61,460 bases of DNA. It comes from an uncultured Clostridia bacterium (GTDB lineage Bacteria > Bacillota > Clostridia > Oscillospirales > Ruminococcaceae). The notes below the pieces were generated by a model. That model was not told where the DNA came from, did not search any database, and was given only the letters and a program-made list of their open reading frames with translations. Shown here piece after piece: positions 52,048-61,460 of the stretch. The stretch spans positions 1-61,460 of the forward strand of contig CANRKQ010000001.1 of the NCBI GenBank assembly GCA_947631265.1, read 5' to 3'. Each line of letters opens with the position of its first letter. Within the stretch, counting starts at the first letter, position 1. The position numbers were made by a program, and so were the translations under genes.

Positions 52048-52076
52048 ATTATACAGTATGATAAGGTGCTTGTCAA
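52048..52076 (-). promoter_or_regulatory. consensus sigma-A promoter of the tRNA pair
   Basis: The minus strand reads TTGACA-17 nt-TATAAT, about 23 nt upstream of the tRNA-CAU 5' end. Confidence 0.75.
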
Positions 52077-52114
52077 GACTTTTATGGAATTTTTCTTAAA
52101 AAATCGTAATTGAT

Positions 52115-53590
52115 CTAATTGATCTCCATATGGTAGCCTTGCTTTTCCAGTAAAGTTTTTGCTTGTTTGAGAGGAAAATTTTTAATCTTGTGGCATTTGA
52201 CCGTTTCAGAGTATGTGTAAATTCTCAGACTGCAATTTTTTCCCCATTTTTGAAGTATTGTCTGATAGTAGTCAATTCTCGAAATTTGATCGGCAGGGAT
52301 CGTAACTTTGTGAAATTGATAAAGCTTGCAATAGTTCAAAACGGCATAACCATCTTCAAACCCTATTCCCGTAGTAAAAATAGACGAAAATTTTACAACG
52401 AACAGCCAGAATGCCGGGATTTCTGCTATAAACGCAACAAATCTTATGATAACCAGCCATTCAGGGAATATTCGCCATAAAATGTATGCTAAAACAGGAA
52501 TGCTTATTCCCAGCAAAAACGGAGGCGTGGTAAAGCCTATGAAGTCTCTGAATCTGCTTTTCAGCTTATTGTGAGGGTTCATGCGTTCCGGCATTAAAAT
52601 TTTAAGAGAGTTGTTTACCTCTCTGTTTGTTGTTACAGGTAGTAAAACAGCAATCTGACGACGTCCTTTTCCGTAGCCTGCGCAGTCAATGTTAACCGAA
52701 CATATCTGAAACATTCTCATAAAGAAATTCTGACGTACATCAACAGCATATATCTTGTCACGCATTATAACGCTTTCTCTGTTTGTAATAAATCCCGACT
52801 TTATGATTATACAATCGCCTTGTCTGACAGTTGTAAAGTTCCAGTGTCTTAAAAGGTTTACAGCAAGTGAGTACAGCCATCCTACAACAATTACAGACGC
52901 TGCGGCTATGGCGATTGGCGGCAGATTTATTGTAAGAAAGTTTTGTATTCTTTCATTTACTATTATAAGATACTTCTGCTCAAGCTGTCTACCTATAATT
53001 CTCGAGACCTGGATCATTAATGTAGATAAAAGTATAACGCCGGAAAGAGTCGACGAGAAAAGCAATGAAAAAATAATCAGGTGAACTTTCTTTGGAGTAT
53101 AACTGTATTTTACCTTTCCGATATTTTTTTCTTTTAATATATTTGTAAGATGCTTAAAATCCGATCTTTTTAAGGTAAGCGTTACATCGTGTCCTCTTCG
53201 TATGAAGTTCGCGTTGGTATCAATGCAAACCTTATAGCAGCCAAAAAATCGGTAAAACGGACCTTGACTGCACGTAACAGAGCATATTACATTATAATCA
53301 ATATCCGATTTGATAAGACCGAAGTATCCGGTACCCGTTCTGATAGAATTGTTATCTATAGAAAAGGTGATAAAGAACCATCTTAAAAATGCAAAACCAA
53401 AGATTACAGAGATGATCATTATATCAAGCCAGTCGCCTCTGAACCACTCAGCGACGTTAAAGCTTAATCTGTATAGCTTTCGAGCCAGCGGGATAAGCAA
53501 AAGCCAAAAGCCGCTTGTCGTATATGTGAAAATCTTTATGGGGTGCTGTCTGGACTTAAATATATATGAAAAAAGATGTTTCTCAAGCAT
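52115..53590 (-). CDS. YdbT-like membrane protein with repeated bacterial PH (bPH_2) domains
   Basis: 491 aa with alternating TM hairpins and soluble modules of about 80 aa. Paired with a YdbS-like gene, as in the Bacillus ydbST operon. Confidence 0.6.
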   Translation of the reverse strand: MLEKHLFSYIFKSRQHPIKIFTYTTSGFWLLLIPLARKLYRLSFNVAEWFRGDWLDIMIISVIFGFAFLRWFFITFSIDNNSIRTGTGYFGLIKSDIDYNVICSVTCSQGPFYRFFGCYKVCIDTNANFIRRGHDVTLTLKRSDFKHLTNILKEKNIGKVKYSYTPKKVHLIIFSLLFSSTLSGVILLSTLMIQVSRIIGRQLEQKYLIIVNERIQNFLTINLPPIAIAAASVIVVGWLYSLAVNLLRHWNFTTVRQGDCIIIKSGFITNRESVIMRDKIYAVDVRQNFFMRMFQICSVNIDCAGYGKGRRQIAVLLPVTTNREVNNSLKILMPERMNPHNKLKSRFRDFIGFTTPPFLLGISIPVLAYILWRIFPEWLVIIRFVAFIAEIPAFWLFVVKFSSIFTTGIGFEDGYAVLNYCKLYQFHKVTIPADQISRIDYYQTILQKWGKNCSLRIYTYSETVKCHKIKNFPLKQAKTLLEKQGYHMEIN

Positions 53591-53632
53591 TTATTATCCC
53601 GCCTTTCTTTATCGTTAATGATGAAATGTATT

Positions 53633-54076
53633 CTACATTTTATTTTTGGCAAACTCATTAAGATGGGAGGAAATCTCTAAAGCTTCATCACGGTTCAAAA
53701 AGCAAAAAATCATTCTTCCGCCCCACGCGTTTACAATTATGAAGTTTAATGCCGTCAGCTTTGAAAACGGAGTGATAATTGTCGATATATATTGAATAGC
53801 CCGTATTTTCATAAACTGATTTGAGAAAAATATCATACCTGTTTTTTTCCTTAAATCTGATTCGGAAATGTTATAGACTGTGTTTCTAAAGTAAACGGGA
53901 AGAAAAAAAACTCCGTATAAAATAGCAGTTCCCCAGCATATGCAGATTATAATCCACATAATAATATTATGGTCTTTTAAAAATATATGACTTATTGCCG
54001 TAACGGCTGCAGCTAAAACAAATATGATAATTCTGATAGAATTTAAAGCCTTTCTAGATGGAACATATCTTTTCAT
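53633..54076 (-). CDS. YdbS-like membrane protein (bPH_2 domain)
   Basis: Two TM helices followed by a PH-like domain. Start is preferred at Met10 (54076), by analogy with the shared leader motif. The track start at 54103 directly abuts the SD. Confidence 0.6.
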   Translation of the reverse strand: MKRYVPSRKALNSIRIIIFVLAAAVTAISHIFLKDHNIIMWIIICICWGTAILYGVFFLPVYFRNTVYNISESDLRKKTGMIFFSNQFMKIRAIQYISTIITPFSKLTALNFIIVNAWGGRMIFCFLNRDEALEISSHLNEFAKNKM

Positions 54077-54110
54077 GGTGTGACTATGCTCCGTTAAGAG
54101 CATTCCTCCT
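54077..54110 (-). promoter_or_regulatory. conserved SD-hairpin-start leader (copy 3): AGGAGGA-A-TGCTC-ttaacg-GAGCA-N10-ATG
   Basis: Read directly from the reverse complement of 54077-54110. Confidence 0.55.
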
Positions 54111-54205
54111 ATTTTTATTTTAATTCAACGGTAATGTAAGAAAAAACACAGATGATACCTTTATAAAATCATATAAAATCAGCCTTAAAATCAGGAGTGA
54201 GCATT

Positions 54206-55564
54206 ATGGATCTGATTGAAGCTTTAAATGAGAAAATAAATTCCTTTGTATGGGGACCTTTTACGCTTAGTGTGTTTTTATTTGTCGGTATTTTTTACAC
54301 TCTGAGATTAAAGGGTATTCAGTTTAAGAAAGCAAAATTAATCACAAATAAAACTTTGCTGTCGCTTTTCAAAAAACAAACGAGAACATCTGCTAATAAG
54401 CATAGCCTATCTCAGTTTGGCAGTCTTTCTACGGCTCTGGCGGCAACAATAGGTACCGGAAGTATCGTGGGTGTTGCAACGGCTCTAACGATCGGCGGCA
54501 GCGGCTCGATTTTTTGGATGTGGGTTTCCGCATTTTTGGGAATGGGAACGGCTTATGCCGAAAATGTTCTGGGAATTCTGTACCGTTCAAAGGACAGAAA
54601 CGGCAAAATAACAGGCGGAGCATACTCATACATAGAAAAGGGAATGAACGCAAGATGGCTTGCAAAAATATTTGCATTGTTTTGCGTGCTTGCGTCATTC
54701 GGTATGGGTAATATGGCTCAGGGAAATTCAATTTCCGCATCTCTTTTTCAGAGCTTTCATATTCCAAGAGTGTATTGCGGCATAGTGTTGTTCGCGTTTA
54801 TTTTGATAGTTATGCTAGGCGGAGTTAAACGCACGCAGAATGTATGCGAACTTATAGTTCCGTTTATGACGGTTTTCTTTTTGGCAGGAGCCGTTATAAT
54901 ATTATTTTTAAAGCATGAAAGACTGATACCCGAGTTTTTATCTATTTTCAAAAATGCATTCTGTTTTAAGTCGGCAGCCGGCGGAATAGCCGGAGCAGGA
55001 ATAAAAAAAGCAGTTTCCATAGGAATACGCCGGGGAGTGTTCTCAAATGAGGCAGGCTTAGGTTCGACAGTGAGCGTACACTCGTCGTCAAACATCAAAG
55101 AACCCGTTGAACAGGGATTTTGGGGAATATTTGAAGTGTTTGTTGACACTATAATAGTCTGCACAATAACGGCTCTTGTAATACTTGTAAGCGGAGCTGC
55201 TCTTGTTAAGAACGAGGGAGCTGAAATAGTAGTAAAGGCTTTTGAAAGCGGTTTTGGGGATCTTGGCGGATATTTTGTTTCAGTTTCGATAGTGCTGTTT
55301 GCGTTAGCGACGCTGATAGGCTGGTCATTCATAGGTGAAAACGCATTCTGTTATCTGTTTCCTCGGGCTAAGAACAGAATCTATAAAATAATCTTTTGCA
55401 TATTTGTCTATTTAGGAGCAGTTTCGAGCCTCGAATTTGTATGGGAAATTTCAGATACCTTTAACGGGCTTATGGCTATACCTAATCTGATTACTCTGAT
55501 TGCTCTGTCAAAAGAGGTGGTAAACGAAACAAACAGATACTTTAATAAAAATAATTATACCTAA
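54206..55564 (+). CDS. alanine/glycine:cation symporter (AGCS family)
   Basis: The N-terminus INSFVWGPFTLSVFLFVGIFYTLRLKGIQF and the multi-TM profile are typical of AGCS/AlsT. ATG 54206 has better RBS spacing than the GTG at 54197. Confidence 0.85.
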   Translation: MDLIEALNEKINSFVWGPFTLSVFLFVGIFYTLRLKGIQFKKAKLITNKTLLSLFKKQTRTSANKHSLSQFGSLSTALAATIGTGSIVGVATALTIGGSGSIFWMWVSAFLGMGTAYAENVLGILYRSKDRNGKITGGAYSYIEKGMNARWLAKIFALFCVLASFGMGNMAQGNSISASLFQSFHIPRVYCGIVLFAFILIVMLGGVKRTQNVCELIVPFMTVFFLAGAVIILFLKHERLIPEFLSIFKNAFCFKSAAGGIAGAGIKKAVSIGIRRGVFSNEAGLGSTVSVHSSSNIKEPVEQGFWGIFEVFVDTIIVCTITALVILVSGAALVKNEGAEIVVKAFESGFGDLGGYFVSVSIVLFALATLIGWSFIGENAFCYLFPRAKNRIYKIIFCIFVYLGAVSSLEFVWEISDTFNGLMAIPNLITLIALSKEVVNETNRYFNKNNYT

Positions 55565-57639
55565 ATTATCCCTCTGAAATAAAGACCTCTTGTGAAAGCA
55601 CCGTCGCATAACGAGTTGTTCTTATATGCTTTTATTATACTATTTATCTCGTCGCTTGTTTCATCGTCAAAGCAAAGAGTATGAAATGATATATTCTTAA
55701 ATTCGTTCATCTTGTCTGCAAGATATAGTATATCAGAATTTAACAGCTCGTAGTAACCGCAGCGTTTATTACACCTGACCTTAAATCTTCGCCCTGTACG
55801 GTCGCTTAAATAACCTGTACAGTTTTTGCAGCCGACAGAAGCCTTTATCGGACAGTTTACACACAGCATAAGCGGAAGTCTGCCATAGGATAGTATGCCG
55901 ATATTCAGCGGACTTTTCAGGCGGTTTATCTCACCTGCTTTTAGCTCATACGATATAACAGCGTCTTTTACATTGAGTTTAGCCAAGGTTTCCAAAGCGA
56001 GCGAATTTGTTATATTAAGACCGAATCCTGTGTGAATCTCAAGCTCTAACTGATTTAAAATTCTAAGATGTGCGTGATTTGTTGCCTCAAATTTATAAAA
56101 ACCTTTCTCCTTTAAGCTTTTGATATCGTTGATGACTTTCTGCTCATTATGCATATATCTTGGAAGAGATATGCACATTTTGTCTTTTATACATACATAT
56201 TCGTTTGCTGAATCTACTGCTTCGCACAAAGGTATTGTGACAAGCTCAATATCTGTTAGATTAATTTCTCTTAGTACGTTTACTTTGCTAAGAGAAATTC
56301 TTATTTCAGGCTTTTTTACACCAGTTAAAGAGAATTTGTTTATATTGGATATTATTTTTATTGTTTTTTCTTTATCAAAAGGTATTACCCTTGTGTTCTT
56401 TTCAGATATAGCTTTGTCGATAGCGCAGACGGCGTCTCTTCTAAGCTTATTAAGCTCTGATGCAGGGACCATAACGTCGTTTTCAATATTGCAAATTAAT
56501 CTGCCCATCTCATACTGACTGCCGCCAAGCTTTGAAAGCTGTCCTGAGACGTATTCAGCGTCTACTGAACGCTTGACAGCCCTTTGAGGAAACCCGCCTT
56601 TTATTACTGCCCTGCAGCCGTCTGATTCTGCGGCAAGGATTATTTGACTGCCAAAACGAATGTCAATACTGAAATCTATTTTATACCTTTTAGGCTCATT
56701 CTTGTATAAACTGCGTAGACGGGGAAGAACATCGTTTGCGGATATAACGTCTTCCTTTTGTCTTATGCCGAACATATCTTTTCCAAGCTTGCTTGTATAA
56801 TATCCGTCAGTAAACCCGCTGCGCGAAAAAACGGATTTTAAAAGCCTCATATCATAAGGCTTACCCTCTAAAGCCCTTTTGCACTCAAAAACGCTAGCCG
56901 CCGTATACTCAGGGCGTTTCATTCTTCCCTCTATTTTAAAAGAAGAAACACCCATATCTCTAAGCTCCTGCAAATATGTGATATACGACATATCCTTGAG
57001 CGAAAGAGCATAGCCGTTTTTGTTATCATCTGCGGAGAAAGGAAGTCTGCACGCTCCTGCGCAGAGACCCCTGTTTGCACTTCGTGAGCCTATCATTGCG
57101 CTGAGATAACATTGTCCCGAAACTGACATACATAAAGCCCCGTGGACAAATGCCTCTATTTCGGTATTCAGACTGCAAAGCTCGGTTAACACCTCTTTTG
57201 TAACCTCTCTTGATACAACAACTCTGGAAAACCCAAGTTCATTGGCAAAAAGCACGCCGTTTTTTGTGTGCAGCGTCATTTGCGTCGAGACATGGACGGG
57301 CATCTGCGGACATACTTTATTTATAAGATTTATAAGACATAGATCCTGAGTAATCAGACCGTCTATTCCGATCTCGCACGCAAACTCCAGTTCATTTGCT
57401 ATATCTACCAGTTGCGAATCCAAAACTACCGTGTTCACAGCCTGATAAATTTTAATTCCCCGTTTGTGACATTCAAACACAGCGGATTTTAATTCATCTC
57501 TGTCGAAGTTTTTAGCGTTTTGCCTTGCGGAAAAGGTCTTCGACCCGACATAAACTGCGTCGGCGCCGACTCGTACAGCGGCGATAAGCGATTCATAACT
57601 GCCGCAGGGAGCAAGTATCTCTACCATTTTTATTACCAT
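55561..57639 (-). CDS. peptidase U32 family protein (long form with C-terminal extension)
   Basis: The N-terminal U32 TIM-barrel signature EILAPCGS...GADAVY, the E..VHGA.C region and the size all fit. The start may instead be Met5 (57627). Confidence 0.8.
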   Translation of the reverse strand: MVIKMVEILAPCGSYESLIAAVRVGADAVYVGSKTFSARQNAKNFDRDELKSAVFECHKRGIKIYQAVNTVVLDSQLVDIANELEFACEIGIDGLITQDLCLINLINKVCPQMPVHVSTQMTLHTKNGVLFANELGFSRVVVSREVTKEVLTELCSLNTEIEAFVHGALCMSVSGQCYLSAMIGSRSANRGLCAGACRLPFSADDNKNGYALSLKDMSYITYLQELRDMGVSSFKIEGRMKRPEYTAASVFECKRALEGKPYDMRLLKSVFSRSGFTDGYYTSKLGKDMFGIRQKEDVISANDVLPRLRSLYKNEPKRYKIDFSIDIRFGSQIILAAESDGCRAVIKGGFPQRAVKRSVDAEYVSGQLSKLGGSQYEMGRLICNIENDVMVPASELNKLRRDAVCAIDKAISEKNTRVIPFDKEKTIKIISNINKFSLTGVKKPEIRISLSKVNVLREINLTDIELVTIPLCEAVDSANEYVCIKDKMCISLPRYMHNEQKVINDIKSLKEKGFYKFEATNHAHLRILNQLELEIHTGFGLNITNSLALETLAKLNVKDAVISYELKAGEINRLKSPLNIGILSYGRLPLMLCVNCPIKASVGCKNCTGYLSDRTGRRFKVRCNKRCGYYELLNSDILYLADKMNEFKNISFHTLCFDDETSDEINSIIKAYKNNSLCDGAFTRGLYFRGII

Positions 57640-57693
57640 ACCTTTTGCAGAAATTCAGCCGGTTTCAAACAGAGAGTTTAATTTTATCAGCTG

Positions 57694-58203
57694 TTATTTA
57701 TCTTTGTTAAAGAATGATGTTTGTCCGTTCTTTGTAGGAACAAAGGTCGTTTTGTCGCCCTTGGGTTCGTTTACGTTTTTTGTGTACCTTTCATAATCGG
57801 GATTGGATTTCTGTTTTATTCCCTGTCGGGAAGCACCCTGACGTGCAAGCAGTCTGTTTGCATCTTCGAGCTTGTCCTCAAGCGTTGCGATTTTTGCAGT
57901 AAGCTTTGAAATTTCTTCGTCAGCCTTTTTCAGTTTTTCAGCTGATATTGCAGCATCGTCAACATACTCTTTTATCTGACCTCTTATTTTATCAATGTCA
58001 ATATCGGTTTTTAGAGATCTGTCCAGACAGTCAAGTGCTACTAAAACCGCGCCGTCTAATGGGGTCATATTGGATATGCCCTGAACTATTTCGGAAAGCT
58101 TTTTGTTTAGTGTTTCAGCCAGCTTTTTTGTGTATTCTTCCGATTCCTCTGTCTGAATGCTGTATTCTTTATTGAATATCTTGATTTTATATACGTCAGC
58201 CAT
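57694..58203 (-). CDS. zapA: cell division protein ZapA with extended coiled-coil tail
   Basis: ZapA-type N-terminus YKIKIFNKEYSIQTEESEEY followed by a coiled coil. Confidence 0.75.
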   Translation of the reverse strand: MADVYKIKIFNKEYSIQTEESEEYTKKLAETLNKKLSEIVQGISNMTPLDGAVLVALDCLDRSLKTDIDIDKIRGQIKEYVDDAAISAEKLKKADEEISKLTAKIATLEDKLEDANRLLARQGASRQGIKQKSNPDYERYTKNVNEPKGDKTTFVPTKNGQTSFFNKDK

Positions 58204-58283
58204 TTGTTAATTTCCTTTCCTTAAGATAAAAATTGTGTTTTATATTCTCATTATTATACTATAAATATTTAAAAAACGCAAGC

Positions 58284-58320
58284 AAAAAAACAGACGCTCT
58301 ATATTTAGAGTGCCTGTTTT
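58284..58320 (-). terminator. terminator after the zinc-ribbon membrane protein gene
   Basis: cagacgctct-atattt-agagtgcctg hairpin with a T7 run on the minus strand. Confidence 0.6.
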
Positions 58321-58367
58321 GTAAGCATACAATATCTATTGATTATCTACTGATTATCTATTGATTT

Positions 58368-59315
58368 TTAATCGTAATCATCAATACTTGATTTAGTATT
58401 CGGGTCAAAGTCAGTAATTCCCCAGTCGCCGTTTACCTTGGCTACGATAAAATATATACGTTCTGTTTCTTTGTCGCCGTTTCTTTCTGCGGATATTTTC
58501 GCCTTTACCTCATATGCCTTTGAAACTTTTATTTTTTCGTCAACATATTCTCCATATTCATCTCTAAGGCTGTCTTCCAGACCGTCTAACTGATCAGAGT
58601 CAAATTTTTCTGAATCTAAAATTTCATAATCAATGTCAACAAATGATGTTAATTCATCTATCAACGGCTCATCGAAATCCTCTTCCATTTCATCTTCATC
58701 GCCGTCGTATTTGTTTTCAACAACAGCGTCATAAATAATTTCCGGAGTACAATCTTTTAAATTATCGTATCCGCCCTCTGTTAGTAATTTTAAATAACTA
58801 TTAGCGGTACTCTTATATCCTCCGCCGAAGATAATAGATATTAAAACTGCAATAACAACTATAAGAACAATACCGATAGCCGCAAAGCCGATGTATTTAT
58901 CGCGATTAGGACTTACCTTGAATTTTTCATATCCGTCACCGATTTTGTCTTTGGCAAAAGCAATGCCCTTATCAAGAGGCGTTGTATCTTCTTTAGACTG
59001 CTGTGTGTCCGAAAGCTCCTGACTATTCGTGGCGTTATTTTCAGGTTCTGATACATTGTCAGTTTCATTTGTTCCCTCAGGTTCACTTACGCTTGCGCTT
59101 GCCGGTTCTGAACCTTCTGCCGTTTTATCTGAAACTTCATTATCGTTTGTTGTCTCTAAAGATTCGTTTTCTGTCTGAGCAGCAGTTACTTCTTGTACAG
59201 TCGGCGTATTTTCGGCTGTCGGTTCTTCTGCCTGCTCTACCTTAGCTCCGCATGAGTTGCAGTATAATGCATCGTCACTTAACTGCGAGCCGCATTGTGT
59301 ACAAAATTTGGGCAT
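58368..59315 (-). CDS. zinc-ribbon membrane protein (acidic linker, one TM, extracytoplasmic domain)
   Basis: CTQCGS...CNSCGA zinc ribbon, an E/T/S-rich linker and a TM helix (IGFAAIGIVLIVVIAVLISIIFGG). Start at MPKF after a GGAGGA RBS. Confidence 0.6.
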   Translation of the reverse strand: MPKFCTQCGSQLSDDALYCNSCGAKVEQAEEPTAENTPTVQEVTAAQTENESLETTNDNEVSDKTAEGSEPASASVSEPEGTNETDNVSEPENNATNSQELSDTQQSKEDTTPLDKGIAFAKDKIGDGYEKFKVSPNRDKYIGFAAIGIVLIVVIAVLISIIFGGGYKSTANSYLKLLTEGGYDNLKDCTPEIIYDAVVENKYDGDEDEMEEDFDEPLIDELTSFVDIDYEILDSEKFDSDQLDGLEDSLRDEYGEYVDEKIKVSKAYEVKAKISAERNGDKETERIYFIVAKVNGDWGITDFDPNTKSSIDDYD

Positions 59316-59418
59316 TTTACAATCCTCCAATATGTATTTTTCAATTATATATTATACCATTATTAATAAATTGTCAATAGAATGTAATAGAAAATATTTG
59401 AATCTCCATAAAAGTTGA

Positions 59419-60585
59419 TCAATATTTCAAAACGTCAATCTGCTTTCCGTTTTCATAAATAACTCTGGGAACACGCCTTGAAATATTGCATATTACTTCA
59501 TACCCGATAGTTGAGCCTATATCGGCTATATCGTCAGCGGTAATGACTTCATCTCCGTCAGCGCCTATAAGAGTTGCAACATCTCCTGTTTTGACATCTA
59601 TTCCTGTGACGTCGCACATAATCTGATCCATACATACCCTGCCGACAATACGGGCTCTTTTGCCGTTTATCAGAACCTCTCCCTTATTCGATAGATACCT
59701 CGGATAACCGTCTGCATAGCCGACTGTTATAGTAGCAATTTTAGCGGGGCTTTCAGTTTTGTATGTTCTCCCGTAGCTTATAAAGACGTCTTTGTCAACC
59801 TCCTTGACCATAGATACACAGGCTTTGAAATCAAGAACAGGCTCAAGTTTAAACGGTACCTTCAATGAAGAATTAGGCTTTAGTCCGTACATAATTATTC
59901 CCAGCCTTGCGAGTGTGCTTTTATCGGTCGAATGGTAAATGCCACCTGCCGAGTTTAAGAAATGTATCTGATTTAATACGACAAGACGCTTTTTAAGTTC
60001 TTCAGCAGCAGCCGTAATTTTTTCAATCTGCTTTCTTGTGTAATTAACGTCATCGTTATTATCGCTGTCGGCAACCGCAAGATGGGTGAAAATCCCCTCT
60101 AGCTCAAGCCCTTTCAGATTAGAAATACGCTCTACAGCGTCACACGTCTTTTTAGTTGTATTTTCACATACGCCGATTCTTGTCATACCTGTATCCAGAG
60201 CGCAATGTATGCGTATTCGATTCCCTATGGGGCAGAATTTTGATAGCTCCAGCGCATGGCTTTCCTCGGTTACCGTCTGAATTATATCGTATTTAACAAG
60301 CTCTTTTGCATATTCGGGAGGAGTGTAACCCAAAATCAGTATTTCACCTTTAATACCTATATCTCTCAGGTGCTTTGCCTCTTCAATATTAGATACAGCA
60401 AACCAGTTTACATTGAGATTTTTTTCAAGATAAGGCACAATGGCGTCATCGCCGTTTCCGTAACAGTTTGCTTTAACAACGCATAGAAGCTCAGTTTTGG
60501 GGTTTAAGAACTTTCTGAAGTTTTCCACGTTTGTTTTTATGCGGTCCAAATGGGTTTCTGCCCAAGCTCTTTTTAGATAAGACAT
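59419..60585 (-). CDS. alr: alanine racemase
   Basis: PLP-lysine motif VVKANCYGNG and C-terminal GYADGYPR. Start at MSYLKRAWAE after a GAAAGGA RBS. Confidence 0.9.
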   Translation of the reverse strand: MSYLKRAWAETHLDRIKTNVENFRKFLNPKTELLCVVKANCYGNGDDAIVPYLEKNLNVNWFAVSNIEEAKHLRDIGIKGEILILGYTPPEYAKELVKYDIIQTVTEESHALELSKFCPIGNRIRIHCALDTGMTRIGVCENTTKKTCDAVERISNLKGLELEGIFTHLAVADSDNNDDVNYTRKQIEKITAAAEELKKRLVVLNQIHFLNSAGGIYHSTDKSTLARLGIIMYGLKPNSSLKVPFKLEPVLDFKACVSMVKEVDKDVFISYGRTYKTESPAKIATITVGYADGYPRYLSNKGEVLINGKRARIVGRVCMDQIMCDVTGIDVKTGDVATLIGADGDEVITADDIADIGSTIGYEVICNISRRVPRVIYENGKQIDVLKY

Positions 60586-60827
60586 AAAAAATCCTTTCTT
60601 TGATCGAAATTTACTGTCTGTCATTTTCAATCGTATGATATGACAGTTTCTAAGATGTTTTCATAGCACATAGTGCTATCATAAAATATAATAAGATACA
60701 TTTTTGATGTATTTCTTTTTTTAACAAACTATTGATAATTTTTCCGCTTTGTGTTATGCTATATAAGGAAAAGCATGGGCTTATACTGATAACCTTGCTG
60801 ACTAGAACGGTGTTAGAGGGGAATAAT

Positions 60828-61379
60828 TTGGCATTAAGTACAATATTAAACGATGGATTTGATAAAAATCGTACCTGTTGTTTTTCAGGACACAGACCTG
60901 AAAAGCTTGCTCAGAACGGCAATATAAATTCTCCGCAGATAAGACGGCTTATAAGTATGCTGTATCTGGAAATTGAAAATACAATTGAGAACGGCTACAC
61001 TAATTTTATTACCGGAATGGCAAGGGGTATTGACCTGTGGGCGGCAGGATATATATACGAAAAACGGATAAAAAATCCGGATCTAAAGCTTATATGCGCT
61101 ATACCGTATAACGGACACGGCGACAGTCTGAAAAGCTCTGAGAAATGGGAGTATGACAATATTGTTGATTCTGCCGACAAGGTTTATATTTTAGAAGATA
61201 AGTACACTCAGAACTGTATGCAAAAGAGAAATCGTTTTATGGTAGATAATTCTTCAAAGGTTATTGCCGTTGTAGATAATTACCGCAGCGGTACAGGTCA
61301 GACAATACGATATGCAAAAAGCAAAGGCATAGATGTTCACATTATTGATATTAATAAGAACGCACCGATTTTAAAATAA
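60828..61379 (+). CDS. DUF1273/SLOG family protein (YpsA-like)
   Basis: CCFSGHRPEKL motif and about 183 aa when started from the TTG at 60828, which lies 6 nt after AGAGGGG. Confidence 0.65.
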   Translation: MALSTILNDGFDKNRTCCFSGHRPEKLAQNGNINSPQIRRLISMLYLEIENTIENGYTNFITGMARGIDLWAAGYIYEKRIKNPDLKLICAIPYNGHGDSLKSSEKWEYDNIVDSADKVYILEDKYTQNCMQKRNRFMVDNSSKVIAVVDNYRSGTGQTIRYAKSKGIDVHIIDINKNAPILK

Positions 61380-61460
61380 ATGCGAGATGTAAATTACCTA
61401 TTTTAGTTTACACCTTAAAAGGACAAGTTTCAAGTATAAAATATAATTTTAAAGAAAATG

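Noticed and set aside
55561-55564. Convergent AGCS and U32 genes overlap at their stop codons (CTAA), with no terminator between them.
   Set aside because: The overlap is real, but it is a common compact-genome arrangement with no clear functional implication.

Overview
This window is the chromosomal replication-origin region of a low-GC, endospore-forming Firmicute, most likely a Clostridia member. The taxon call rests on gpr, spoVG, a FabK-type fab cluster and a BclA-like collagen protein.

Positions 1-11.1 kb carry the classic origin-proximal block on the minus strand: serS (partial), parB, soj, two parS sites, noc, rsmG, mnmG, mnmE, jag, yidC, yidD, rnpA and rpmH. A bipartite AT-rich oriC flanks dnaA. 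It is followed on the plus strand by dnaN, yaaA, recF, remB, gyrB, a YcxB-like gene and gyrA.

Beyond about 22.5 kb the genes are mostly on the minus strand:
- housekeeping genes: aqpZ, gpr, rpsT, lexA, murC, spoVG and a NUDIX hydrolase
- a complete fab/acc fatty-acid cluster, 27.9-37.6 kb
- a more accessory stretch, 37.7-51.3 kb: an FAD/Rieske oxidoreductase, a GT2-TPR glycosyltransferase with a BclA-like collagen protein, an ECF sigma factor with its membrane partner, an LRR surface protein, ptsI, a two-component system, a GH5 cellulase and a rubredoxin
- a tRNA-Met/tRNA-Glu pair with tRNA-end scars
- ydbS/ydbT-like genes, an AGCS symporter, a U32 peptidase, zapA, alr and a YpsA-like gene

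I saw no CRISPR array, IS element, integrase or recognisable defence system.

The most interesting non-obvious signals are:
1. a conserved SD-hairpin-ATG leader shared by three unrelated membrane-protein genes
2. an ORF-free unit of about 440 nt, bracketed by a promoter and a terminator, with nested long-range helices (candidate large ncRNA)
3. a 34-nt ECF-type promoter motif shared by the sigma operon and the neighbouring LRR gene
4. triplicated tRNA-Glu 3' ends in a repeat mosaic
5. a strong head-on gene-strand bias starting about 10 kb to the right of oriC

All product calls come from reading the translations. No database search was run.
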